Part shown: in pieces, positions 8,925-17,721 of the stretch
Position numbering within the stretch: the first letter of the stretch is position 1
Layout of the letters: the number at the start of each line of letters is the position of its first letter
Assembly: GCA_012212665.1 (NCBI GenBank)
Contig: GCA_012212665.1_4517.1
DNA: 64,000 nucleotides
Origin: a phage
Direction: 5' to 3' (one strand)
The notes under the pieces: model-generated
Database searches by the model: none
Seen by the model: only the letters and a program-made list of their open reading frames with translations
What the model was told of the DNA's origin: nothing
Program-made: the position numbers and the translations under genes

Positions 8925-9860
8925 TTATTCTGCAAATAATTCAGTAACGTCTGAAATTACTTCATAACGACAAGTACGCATCTTAGCATCACCGTAGTCA
9001 ACCGGGATGGATACAACATCGCGTGGATGAACTTTAACTTTCACAACTTTATCTGAGCTTGAACCAAAGTGGCGAATATAAGATTTAGCACAAACGTGGA
9101 GACCGCGAGAACAGGTTTGAGTATCATCGTCGTTAACTCGAGTACGAGGCATTGAAACAACTTTACCTGGGGAGTTATCAAATGTACCACTATAGCAGTC
9201 TAAATAGTCTTTACGAACTACTTTCCACGCATAGAAATACCCATCTTCAGTGATTTCAATATCGTTTGCAACCAAGAAGTCGAATAAACGTTGTACAGCT
9301 TTTTCGCTTGGGTTTTCTAACAGGTTTTCAAGGAACGGCAGATAGAATTTAAAGTCTTCGCCTTTTTCCATAGAATCAATAATACGATTAACCAGTCCTG
9401 AACGAATTTCTATACCTTGATAAAATAAACTACCACCTTCAATAGTAACATTACCGTCAACAAACTTAGTAATAGCTTTCTTGATGTTAATAAGTTCGAC
9501 AGCTTTACTAAGGTTTCCTGCGACCAGATTAGCTTTAATTTCTTCAAAATTTGCATGACTTGATGGGGTCGCATTGTATGCTACGCGTCCTTCAATGATT
9601 GAAATAAATTTAGATGATGCGTTCCATACGATTTCTGGACGATGTCCGCCGATAATAGGTTCATTATTTTCTTGGACTTGTTCTTCGTCTTCAAATTCAG
9701 CGGCTTTCTCTTCGGCTTTAAAATTCTTAACAATCTTACGAAGAGTGTCAGTGGAAATATTGAAGTAATCAGCAATTTCCCGACGGGTCCATTGGCCTGA
9801 TTTAACCAGATCGTAAGCTTCTAACTGTTCTTCTTGAGACAAGCATTTAATATTGTACAT
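8925..9860 (-). CDS. rIIB: rIIB membrane-associated protein
   Basis: 311 aa; N-terminus MYNIKCL and C-terminal block RTRVNDDDTQTCSRGLHVC.KSYIRHFGSS.D.VVKVKVHPRDVVSIP.DYGDAKMRTC.YEVISDV match T4 rIIB. Confidence 0.9.
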   Translation of the reverse strand: MYNIKCLSQEEQLEAYDLVKSGQWTRREIADYFNISTDTLRKIVKNFKAEEKAAEFEDEEQVQENNEPIIGGHRPEIVWNASSKFISIIEGRVAYNATPSSHANFEEIKANLVAGNLSKAVELINIKKAITKFVDGNVTIEGGSLFYQGIEIRSGLVNRIIDSMEKGEDFKFYLPFLENLLENPSEKAVQRLFDFLVANDIEITEDGYFYAWKVVRKDYLDCYSGTFDNSPGKVVSMPRTRVNDDDTQTCSRGLHVCAKSYIRHFGSSSDKVVKVKVHPRDVVSIPVDYGDAKMRTCRYEVISDVTELFAE

Positions 9861-9869
9861 AATGTTTCC

Positions 9870-12083
9870 TTATTTGGCTGCTTCCACAGCCTTCATGAAT
9901 TTAACGATTTGAGCGACTTGTTCTTTAGAAAGAGTACCACGTCGTCCCATGTAGTCTGACACAATATGATAATTGGTTTCGAATTCAATAACCATTTTAT
10001 CATCATTATCGTAAGCATTATCTTTAAGCTTATCGAAAATTTTAGCACACAATTCTAACTTTTTATTCAGTTCTCTGTTAGTAGCACCTGAGAATCGATT
10101 CCATCCCCAACGATTATTTACTGTTGAGAGTTTTGCAAAATCTTTACTGATTTCTTTGTTTTTAGAGCTAAAATACTTACTAAGGAAGTTAAGCTCTTCA
10201 TTACGAGTAATATGATTCAAATAAGGCTGTGCTCTACGACTTGGTGATACATACTCATCATAATCCACTTTATCGATTAGCGTAATATAGTCATTAATTG
10301 ATTTTTCGAACAAGCATTCTACTTCACCAAGTTTACGAACTTTCTTAGCAATCTGTGGACGAACTACAGTGAACTCTTTAATACCTGACAAATCAGCAAT
10401 ACGGGTCAAGAAATTGGAGTCATAGTTCAACCAACCTTTATCTGCGTCAAGACATTCAGCATTAGAACGATTACGAACTATAGCATAACCTTGGATTTCA
10501 TCTGCTTCACTTGCCGGAATAAAGAGGTCTTCTGATACCCAAACATCGTTTTCATTCTTAAAGAATCGATGAGCACTTGGCGATTTAGGACGAGGCTCAT
10601 TAGTCCGTTTCCTGACTTCAATCCATGGCTTAACGATTTGTAAAAGCTCTGAAGTCTTGTACATGTTAATGTTGTCGCCATCAAAGATAACTTTAAGGCG
10701 TTCCAGAAGTTTCATTGCATCTTCGTCTGTAGGGTCAACGAATAGTACACTTTTACCAAAACCGCGTGGAACTTTACCAGTTAATTTAACCTCGTCTTTA
10801 GACATTTCAATTGAATTAAGAGCTCGCATTAATGGAACGCGTCCCTTAACGTCGTCAATAACAATTTCAACGTTTTTAATGTTAATGCCAATCAAACTGT
10901 TAATTGAAATGGTTGTCGTTGAGCTACCACTTTCACGAATACGACGAAGACGAGGGGATTCAACGATATCGTATACGACGCCAAGATTACACCACTCAGG
11001 CCCCATTTTAAAACGTTTGTACAACTCAGAATAAGTTAGTTGTTCTTTAGAGTATTTCAGTGATTCAATATTGGACCCGGCCTTTTCCATGTATTTACGA
11101 GCGGTATAGCCAAGAGAATCAATTTCACGGAACACATGGCGTGGGTATTTACAATCAATCCATTTCTTAGAATCTTCAGCGAACAATTTAGCATCGATTT
11201 CTGCAACACGTTTATGGATATTTGCTACTGTACGTTTATCAAATGACAATGCTTCACGAGACGGGGCTACATCTAGTTCACCCATAGGGAATTTAATATA
11301 AGCTGTAGTGCATCGCGTCATCATCCATGTTTGTTCTTTAATAACACTTCCGATCGGATATACAATACCGCCATAAACAGCCATGATATTACCACGTTCA
11401 CCCCATGGAGCTTCCTTGGCCAAATATACATCGTCAAATTCCGGGAAGTATTTGATATCTTTAACACCACGAACTTCTGCAATATCACCTAGAGGACGCA
11501 TAACATATGCAATTTCGGATGCAAACTTTTCAAAATCTTCCGGGTTAACCGGTACGACTACTTCTACACCCGTACGGTCATCAGGACCCATCTTATCTAC
11601 AAAGGTCGGCTTAATTTGTGGACCCGTGTCATCTTGGTAGATTACGTAACCACGAACTTCACCATTGTGATAAGACGTAAGGTTAAACGTATCGGTATAT
11701 GCTAGCGGAGCTTTAGAGCCGAGTCCGAATCCACCGATGAAATCGTTACTCGATGTTTTAGTTGAAGCAAAATATGAGTTATAGATTCCTGGCTCTTCGT
11801 CATTACCTCTAATGGTGAAATCACTCATACCAGGACCAAAGTCTCGAACTACAAAACGTGGGTCTAAACGACCTGGAGCCTGAACAATAAACTTATCAGT
11901 GCAACCGTTAAGAATTTGTCCATCGATACAGTTTGTAATTAATTCACGTACACAAGCCAATTCTTTGTTTGTATAAAGGTCATTAGACAAAATCTTATAA
12001 ACTTTGCTATTGCCTTGAATAGTGAATGCTGTGCTCTTACCGCCTGAACCAATAATCGTTTCTTTAGCCGTTTCAATAATCAT
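9870..12083 (-). CDS. rIIA: rIIA protein
   Basis: 737 aa; N-terminal region (LYTNK...VRELITN, PGRLDPRFV.RDFGPGMSDF, NDFIGGFGLGSK, GPQIKPTFV..MGPDD) matches T4 rIIA. Confidence 0.9.
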   Translation of the reverse strand: MIIETAKETIIGSGGKSTAFTIQGNSKVYKILSNDLYTNKELACVRELITNCIDGQILNGCTDKFIVQAPGRLDPRFVVRDFGPGMSDFTIRGNDEEPGIYNSYFASTKTSSNDFIGGFGLGSKAPLAYTDTFNLTSYHNGEVRGYVIYQDDTGPQIKPTFVDKMGPDDRTGVEVVVPVNPEDFEKFASEIAYVMRPLGDIAEVRGVKDIKYFPEFDDVYLAKEAPWGERGNIMAVYGGIVYPIGSVIKEQTWMMTRCTTAYIKFPMGELDVAPSREALSFDKRTVANIHKRVAEIDAKLFAEDSKKWIDCKYPRHVFREIDSLGYTARKYMEKAGSNIESLKYSKEQLTYSELYKRFKMGPEWCNLGVVYDIVESPRLRRIRESGSSTTTISINSLIGINIKNVEIVIDDVKGRVPLMRALNSIEMSKDEVKLTGKVPRGFGKSVLFVDPTDEDAMKLLERLKVIFDGDNINMYKTSELLQIVKPWIEVRKRTNEPRPKSPSAHRFFKNENDVWVSEDLFIPASEADEIQGYAIVRNRSNAECLDADKGWLNYDSNFLTRIADLSGIKEFTVVRPQIAKKVRKLGEVECLFEKSINDYITLIDKVDYDEYVSPSRRAQPYLNHITRNEELNFLSKYFSSKNKEISKDFAKLSTVNNRWGWNRFSGATNRELNKKLELCAKIFDKLKDNAYDNDDKMVIEFETNYHIVSDYMGRRGTLSKEQVAQIVKFMKAVEAAK

Positions 12084-12095
12084 ATTTTTCTCTCA

Positions 12096-12296
12096 TCACA
12101 AGTTACGTTTAAAAATTTCTGCTACTTCAAGAAGTTCTTCTTTAGTAGCTGTATCGGTTTGTATTTTATATCGAATTTCTTTAAAGCGTTCTTTAAAGGA
12201 CTCTGCTGATTCGATATCAAAAAATCTTTGGATAAGCCGGAATTCCCGGAGCACTGCTTTATCAAAAAGTTCCAAGTCCACGTTATACGTTCTCAT
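12096..12296 (-). CDS. Hypothetical protein (rIIA.1 position)
   Basis: ORF of 66 aa immediately upstream of rIIA. Confidence 0.5.
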   Translation of the reverse strand: MRTYNVDLELFDKAVLREFRLIQRFFDIESAESFKERFKEIRYKIQTDTATKEELLEVAEIFKRNL

Positions 12297-12321
12297 AATA
12301 TTCTCTTCAGTAGATTCCTAG

Positions 12322-12372
12322 GGCACTATTACTAAAGACCATATAATCTATCATCTTATGTGTAATAGTGCC
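12322..12372 (-). other. 11-bp perfect inverted repeat (GGCACTATTAC / GTAATAGTGCC) with 29-nt loop
   Basis: Located between the glycosyltransferase stop and the rIIA.1 start; loop contains a TATAAT-like element. Confidence 0.5.
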
Positions 12373-12388
12373 TCAGGCGATTCAGGAT

Positions 12389-13489
12389 TTACGCTGTGAA
12401 GATTTTATCCCACATCGCAACAACTGCATCTCGGTTATACTTCTTCCATACGGCTTCAGCACGTTTAACTCGAGCTTCGTATGTGTCAGTGAATTCTAAT
12501 ACAGCTTTTGTGTAAAGCGCAACTACTTCTTTCTTAGGAGTAGAGGAATCAATTTCTACACGCACAGTATCTGGGTCATATTCGAATGTCGCGTGCGGAT
12601 AATCCTTAAAAACTAACTGAATCACAGGGACACCTTTAGAGATGGCTTCAATAGAACTATTCTCTACCGTACCCGTGTCAGGACACGTATTGATAAGTGC
12701 TTTAGCTGTTTTAAGACGTTCCATGATTTCACTGTGTGGAGCATCAATAATAACAGGATACTTAGCCGGTGGTGCCCATTTACTAGGACAGTATCCTGCA
12801 CCATTTTCGCCTAGTGCTTTAATCGCTTCAAGAGCAACATCAGTACGACGCATTTTAGTGTCATAACGTTGTGCACTAATAATCAGATCAGTCGCCGGAA
12901 GAACTTCAGGTTTCTCATTCAAACAAATAACCGGATAATCTTCGGCTTCAAACAACGGATTTGCTCGCCAATAATCATAATCAATTTTGTCAGTCAGACC
13001 TGAAGTCATATAACAATATTTGCGTTCAAATTCACGGAAGGCTTTAGTAGGAGCATAACTCTTACCACCGTTCTTATGAATTTGAATAGTCTGGTCCCAA
13101 ATTTGAACAATGCCACGAGATACCGGTTCAAATGGTGTTGCCATAAAATTCTTATGAACTTTAGAGAGACCTGCGTCTTTAATTGCCTGAACGGTTAGTT
13201 TGGTCGGTTCCATTGTAACAACGAAATCGTACTCATTAATGCCGGCTAGTTCAACAATCTTACGAGCCATAGTATAACTCATACCTAGACTGAATTTAGT
13301 CAGATGACCAACAGGATGATGATTAACCTTCCAATCACCAAATGTGTCATTATCAAAACCGATATAATCAATATCGGCACCGATAGAAACTAAATATTTC
13401 AACACATTTAAATGTACTGCTTCAAGACCACCTTGTACACGTTCAGGATTAAATGGGACTGCACGAGATGGGATAAACATAACTTTCAT
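12389..13489 (-). CDS. GT-B fold glycosyltransferase (GT4-like), candidate DNA sugar transferase
   Basis: 366 aa; C-terminal motif TGTVENSSIEAISKGVPVI resembles the E-x7-E / EAxxxGxPVI signature of GT4 glycosyltransferases; lies between rIIA and gene 39. Confidence 0.6.
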   Translation of the reverse strand: MKVMFIPSRAVPFNPERVQGGLEAVHLNVLKYLVSIGADIDYIGFDNDTFGDWKVNHHPVGHLTKFSLGMSYTMARKIVELAGINEYDFVVTMEPTKLTVQAIKDAGLSKVHKNFMATPFEPVSRGIVQIWDQTIQIHKNGGKSYAPTKAFREFERKYCYMTSGLTDKIDYDYWRANPLFEAEDYPVICLNEKPEVLPATDLIISAQRYDTKMRRTDVALEAIKALGENGAGYCPSKWAPPAKYPVIIDAPHSEIMERLKTAKALINTCPDTGTVENSSIEAISKGVPVIQLVFKDYPHATFEYDPDTVRVEIDSSTPKKEVVALYTKAVLEFTDTYEARVKRAEAVWKKYNRDAVVAMWDKIFTA

Positions 13490-13500
13490 AATTAAGCCTT

Positions 13501-13533
13501 ATTAAAATTAAAATGAAGCTCCTAAAGGAGCTT
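13501..13533 (-). terminator. Terminator-like hairpin downstream of gene 39
   Basis: Minus-strand hairpin AAGCUCC-UUUA-GGAGCUU overlapping the gene 39 stop, followed by a U-rich tract. Confidence 0.45.
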
Positions 13534-15349
13534 AGGACATCCATTCTTTACGAAGTTCTGAATCATCACCCAACAACATTTCAAAGAGTTCTTTCCAATT
13601 TTCAGGAAGTTTAACTACGTCGTACACAGGGTTCTGAATCATTTCACGATACTCTGACTTTTCAAGGGAGCCTAATCCCTTGATGTATCGAATACTATGC
13701 TTAGGCAGTGTATCTTTAACTTCTTCATACTCAGCTACAGTATAAAACCATTTTTGAGTTTTGCCAATTTGTGCAATAATTACAGGTGTTTTAACAAAGC
13801 GAATACGTCCTTGTTCAAACAATTCAGGCCAATTACTAAAGAAAGCAAGCAAAGCCGGATAGATACTTCCAAGACCGTCATGATCGGCATCGGTCATAAT
13901 TGCAATATTACGATAGTTCGTATTCTCTGCCTTTTCACCAAGAATAAGACCTGTGATAGCACAGATATCGAATAACTCTTTGTTCTTCATCATATCAGCA
14001 TATGACATACCCCAGCTATTCATCACCTTACCACGTAATGGGAATCCACCGTGTAGTTCACGGTCACGAACATCAATGAGATATCCAATTGCCGAATCAC
14101 CTTCTGTTAAGAACAATGTCGTATCTGCATCTTTACCACATTGGTTAGCTTTAATATGCTTATGAACCTTAGCTTTAGTTGCCTTTTTAGCTGCTTTAGT
14201 TTCTGCAGCCTTTTCTGCTGCCAATTTACGAGCTAATGCTGCTTCAACAATAGGCATAATCAAGGCTTCGTTTTTAAGAAGTGCCTGGGCAATTTTCTTA
14301 GCATCTAATTGGATATGATTACGAATATCACCATACGTTGACGTTAAACGTTCTTTAGTCTGAGAATCAAAACGCATGTTGCTCATGTCTCGAATAAACA
14401 TCAACATTGTGAGGCATTCTTTAACACGAGCTTTAGTGACTTCAATACCCTTATATTTCTTTTTAATACCTGGCAAAAGATGTTCGCAGATATCATCCAT
14501 TACACATTCAACATGATGACCACCATTTTTAGTATGGATGTTATTCACATAAGTTAAATGACGGAAGCCATCTGGTGATGTTGTGAATGCTATAGAGACT
14601 TTATCATTTTCTTGAATGATGTTATCTTCACCAAATTGTTTAGCAAATCGTTTAAAATTACCATCGACCTTTTTACCATTAAATGTGAACTTGATATCAG
14701 GATAAACGACTGCCAATGTTTGAAGTCGATCTAAAGTAATATCTAAATAAATTTGAGATAAATTATGCTCTTCAAATGAAGTGAAATCAGGAGTGAAGAT
14801 TACTTTAGTGCCTTTACCTTTAGATTTCTTAGAAGACCATGATTTGTTTTCCATTCCGTTTGAACAGTTAACAGTGATTTCATTTTCGCCATCTGACGTG
14901 ATGCCTGTAAACAACGTAGAGAAGATATTAGTTAAACTACTCCCGACGCCGTTCATACCACCAGTCTTGCGTTCAGAGTCATCACCAAAGTTACCACCGG
15001 CCTTTGGAATAGTCCAGGCTGCTACAGGCCCAGGAATTTGTTCACCTGTTTGGTCGGTAACTAAACCTTGAGGAATACCACGTCCGTTATCTTCCACCGA
15101 AACTTGATTATTTTTAATTTGCACATCAATTTTATTTGCAAACTTAAATGATGTACGAATAGCTTCATCAACCGAGTTGTCAATAATCTCATCGATTAAT
15201 TTAACCAGGCCAGGAACATATTCAACTTGTTGATATTTACCAAACAAAAACCGCTCGTGGGCTTCTTTAGCAGAAGAACCAATATACATACCACTACGTT
15301 TCTTAATATGTTCTACATCTGACAATACCTTAATTTCATTTTTAATCAT
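13532..15349 (-). CDS. 39: DNA topoisomerase II large subunit, single fused polypeptide equivalent to T4 gp39 plus gp60
   Basis: 605 aa continuous ORF with GyrB-like ATPase (GHKL) and TOPRIM regions; T4 encodes this as gene 39 (516 aa) plus split gene 60. Confidence 0.9.
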   Translation of the reverse strand: MIKNEIKVLSDVEHIKKRSGMYIGSSAKEAHERFLFGKYQQVEYVPGLVKLIDEIIDNSVDEAIRTSFKFANKIDVQIKNNQVSVEDNGRGIPQGLVTDQTGEQIPGPVAAWTIPKAGGNFGDDSERKTGGMNGVGSSLTNIFSTLFTGITSDGENEITVNCSNGMENKSWSSKKSKGKGTKVIFTPDFTSFEEHNLSQIYLDITLDRLQTLAVVYPDIKFTFNGKKVDGNFKRFAKQFGEDNIIQENDKVSIAFTTSPDGFRHLTYVNNIHTKNGGHHVECVMDDICEHLLPGIKKKYKGIEVTKARVKECLTMLMFIRDMSNMRFDSQTKERLTSTYGDIRNHIQLDAKKIAQALLKNEALIMPIVEAALARKLAAEKAAETKAAKKATKAKVHKHIKANQCGKDADTTLFLTEGDSAIGYLIDVRDRELHGGFPLRGKVMNSWGMSYADMMKNKELFDICAITGLILGEKAENTNYRNIAIMTDADHDGLGSIYPALLAFFSNWPELFEQGRIRFVKTPVIIAQIGKTQKWFYTVAEYEEVKDTLPKHSIRYIKGLGSLEKSEYREMIQNPVYDVVKLPENWKELFEMLLGDDSELRKEWMS

Positions 15350-15371
15350 GTTGTCTCCTCGTTATGAAGGT

Positions 15372-15397
15372 ATTCTATCATCCGAAATCTAAAGCAA
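15372..15397 (-). promoter_or_regulatory. MotA-dependent middle promoter upstream of gene 39
   Basis: Minus strand TTGCTTTAG (MotA box) -12 nt- TAGAAT; same module as at 49498..49522. Confidence 0.6.
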
Positions 15398-15412
15398 AAA
15401 GGGCCGAAGCCC
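15391..15412 (-). terminator. Intrinsic terminator overlapping the MotA box
   Basis: Minus-strand hairpin GGGC-UUCG-GCCC followed by UUUUUUGCUUU, directly after the stop of the upstream ORF. Confidence 0.6.
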
Positions 15413-15835
15413 TTATTTAAATTTAATTTTCTGAAGTGCATCAATTGCAGCCAAACGCCCTTGTTCACTTTTAACCGTAATGACCACATCACCTGATACG
15501 ATCACTGAACCATCAACAAATTCTATAGAGCCTTTTTTGAAATCGACAGCTGTATCTGATTCCGGAACTTCTTCAAAGAATTTAAATTCTGCACCATAAA
15601 TCAGAATATCACCTTGCATACTAATGATTGTACGTCCAGGTCCATCGGTTTCAGCGGCAATCATTGAAACACCGTAGCCAATCATCTCTTCTACAATAAA
15701 ATCTCTTGATAATAAAACTGTATGCAGAGTAGTGTTAAGACGTTTACCAGTTGTATTAAGAATTCTCAAGAAATTATCTTCTTGGCCTTTGATAATACGA
15801 TATTTCTTACCAACTTCAAAACCTTTAAAAGCCAT
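15413..15835 (-). CDS. Hypothetical protein
   Basis: ORF of 140 aa upstream of gene 39. Confidence 0.5.
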   Translation of the reverse strand: MAFKGFEVGKKYRIIKGQEDNFLRILNTTGKRLNTTLHTVLLSRDFIVEEMIGYGVSMIAAETDGPGRTIISMQGDILIYGAEFKFFEEVPESDTAVDFKKGSIEFVDGSVIVSGDVVITVKSEQGRLAAIDALQKIKFK

Positions 15836-15837
15836 AA

Positions 15838-16017
15838 TTATCCCTTCTTAAGTAAGTCGTAAAAACCACCATTCACATGTTTAGGAGCAGAAACCCGACG
15901 AGTAGACAGACGATGACATTCAGGGCAAACATCGTTTTCTCGTTCAGAAATCCTTTTAATTTTTTCATATTCATGGCCACAATCTTCAGATTGACATTTA
16001 TAGTCGTATAACGGCAT
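15838..16017 (-). CDS. Small zinc-ribbon protein (FmdB-like CxxC...CxxC)
   Basis: Unannotated 59-aa ORF MPLYDYKCQSEDCGHEYEKIKRISERENDVCPECH..., two CxxC pairs; tightly packed between flanking genes. Confidence 0.45.
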   Translation of the reverse strand: MPLYDYKCQSEDCGHEYEKIKRISERENDVCPECHRLSTRRVSAPKHVNGGFYDLLKKG

Positions 16018-16019
16018 TA

Positions 16020-16442
16020 TTATTCCTTAAAATGTGCTTTCAACATTTGATACAAAGACCATGCCTGGTCGTTATTTTCGATAGTAACTTTCATTACTGG
16101 GAATTCTGTGAAATCTTCTATCTGTTCTTGCTCTTCAGATGCTTGATACGGATTTCCCACTTCATCAAAAAACTCTGCTTCACTAGTAGAGAGCCAGATA
16201 AAGTTTTCATCAAGAATATCACCGCCTGTTGCGTATCCAACCATGCCAGTAGATGTCACAATTTTAGTAGGACGACCAAGATGGTCAACATCTAATACTT
16301 TAAATGGTTCCAGGCCAAGACGTCGCGCATAAATCCCATTATCAGTGTGGTCTTTAATAAACTCTTCTTGGGCACGTTTATCTTTAAATTTGTACCATGA
16401 GTTAACGCGGAATTTATTAGCCATTAGTAAGTTTCCTTCCAA
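16020..16442 (-). CDS. Hypothetical protein
   Basis: ORF of 140 aa. Confidence 0.5.
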   Translation of the reverse strand: MEGNLLMANKFRVNSWYKFKDKRAQEEFIKDHTDNGIYARRLGLEPFKVLDVDHLGRPTKIVTSTGMVGYATGGDILDENFIWLSTSEAEFFDEVGNPYQASEEQEQIEDFTEFPVMKVTIENNDQAWSLYQMLKAHFKE

Positions 16443-16651
16443 TAAGTTGTACCGTTTTCAGTGATTTCACGGAAGATACCATAGATAGGCATTTCATCAC
16501 CGAGTTTTTCGTAAACGTAAACCACTTCAGTGTAGCATAAAAATTCAGTCCAGTTTTTCTGTACAACAACTAAATCAGGATTAAACAGAACATCTTCAAA
16601 CTCATCGATGTTTGAATCAGTAGTTACGTTTTTAATGATTTGACGTTTCAT
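16424..16651 (-). CDS. Hypothetical protein
   Basis: ORF; start placed at the internal Met preceded by a GAGGAG Shine-Dalgarno. Confidence 0.4.
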   Translation of the reverse strand: MKRQIIKNVTTDSNIDEFEDVLFNPDLVVVQKNWTEFLCYTEVVYVYEKLGDEMPIYGIFREITENGTTYWKETY

Positions 16652-16679
16652 AATATTCTCCTCTTGTTTTGATAGGTCT

Positions 16680-16708
16680 ATAGTATCATAGACCATAGTT
16701 GTTGTACA
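16680..16708 (-). promoter_or_regulatory. Early promoter
   Basis: Minus strand TGTACA-17 nt-TACTAT embedded in the GGTCTAT/ATAGACC inverted repeat. Confidence 0.45.
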
Positions 16709-17233
16709 TCATTTTAGCAAAATAAAATCAACTTGTTCTGCCAATGAACGTCTAAACATTAATTGACAACTTCCGAGGATGAAATCAGGTGCTTCATAGA
16801 CCGCGATGTAGTATCCTTTAGCTTTCAAGAGTTCAACATCTACCTGGTCATCAAACCATGCATAAACAGCGTCAACACTTTCAAATCCAAAATAGAACCC
16901 TTGAGCCCAATCTTCGTTCAATTCAAATGTGTGCTCAATTCTATAGTATCTTAAGATATTTTGTTCAAGGAGTTTGTCTTCATTTACTGTAGGACGATTA
17001 GGGACATTATAGTTGTCGCCGTGATGGTAGAAGTTACCTGAGAGTATTCCATGCTTATCAAGGAACTCCCATGTTTCTTCAGAGTTGTCGGTGCCTGACC
17101 AACCGTAAGGTGAGCGAGGTTCTTTATTCCAGGAGATTTCCCAAATTCTGACGGCTTTACCATCTTCGATAGCAACTCCTGGTAAAGATTCACGTTGGGT
17201 ACAAAAACTACGTTCTACGCGGTAAACTAACAT
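16709..17233 (-). CDS. Hypothetical protein
   Basis: ORF of 174 aa with AGAGGAG Shine-Dalgarno. Confidence 0.5.
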   Translation of the reverse strand: MLVYRVERSFCTQRESLPGVAIEDGKAVRIWEISWNKEPRSPYGWSGTDNSEETWEFLDKHGILSGNFYHHGDNYNVPNRPTVNEDKLLEQNILRYYRIEHTFELNEDWAQGFYFGFESVDAVYAWFDDQVDVELLKAKGYYIAVYEAPDFILGSCQLMFRRSLAEQVDFILLK

Positions 17234-17259
17234 ATTATTCTCCTCTAGTCGATAGATTT

Positions 17260-17288
17260 ATAGTATCAAAACTAGAGGAGAAGTAAAC
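17260..17288 (-). promoter_or_regulatory. Early promoter inside a Shine-Dalgarno-sequestering inverted repeat
   Basis: Minus strand GTTTAC-17 nt-TACTAT; 12-bp arms UUCUCCUCUAGU / ACUAGAGGAGAA flank the -10, and the 3' arm contains the Shine-Dalgarno of the downstream gene. Confidence 0.55.
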
Positions 17289-17292
17289 AACT

Positions 17293-17712
17293 TTATGCGA
17301 AAGCAGCTGGGCTATATTTTTTAATTTGGAATTCAGGAACTACCATGAACTGACCAGCGAAAACGATGTTATAAAGCTTAACACCATCTTCAACCCATTG
17401 GTCACTAATAAATCCGGCGATTTGCTTAGTTTTCCATGGCGTTCCATCAGTTGCCGCAGCAATAGTGAATTCATGGTCTTTTTCAACAGAAACTGATCTG
17501 CATAGTCCCCATTTGAACGCTTTTTCTTCTGGCTCAATGAACTGGCTTGAGACGTAGCCAATATTACCGTTAGCATCACGAACTTTAACTTGGTTACGAC
17601 CAAAAACCGGATCACTCACAGAAAGAACTTCAACCAACTTCCCGGCAACTTTAGAGCGAGAAGCAACAGATACATATACGTAATCACCTGTAGAGAGATT
17701 TACAATATTCAT
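17293..17712 (-). CDS. Hypothetical protein, member of a tandem paralogue family (shared C-terminal SDQWVEDG..LYNIVF motif)
   Basis: 139 aa; C-terminus GFISDQWVEDGVKLYNIVFAGQF.VV shared with the next two ORFs. Confidence 0.55.
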   Translation of the reverse strand: MNIVNLSTGDYVYVSVASRSKVAGKLVEVLSVSDPVFGRNQVKVRDANGNIGYVSSQFIEPEEKAFKWGLCRSVSVEKDHEFTIAAATDGTPWKTKQIAGFISDQWVEDGVKLYNIVFAGQFMVVPEFQIKKYSPAAFA

Positions 17713-17721
17713 AATAATTCC

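Noticed and set aside
13532-15349. Gene 60 translational bypass (hop) element
   Set aside because: The topoisomerase large subunit is one uninterrupted ORF; there is no 50-nt coding gap or separate gene 60.
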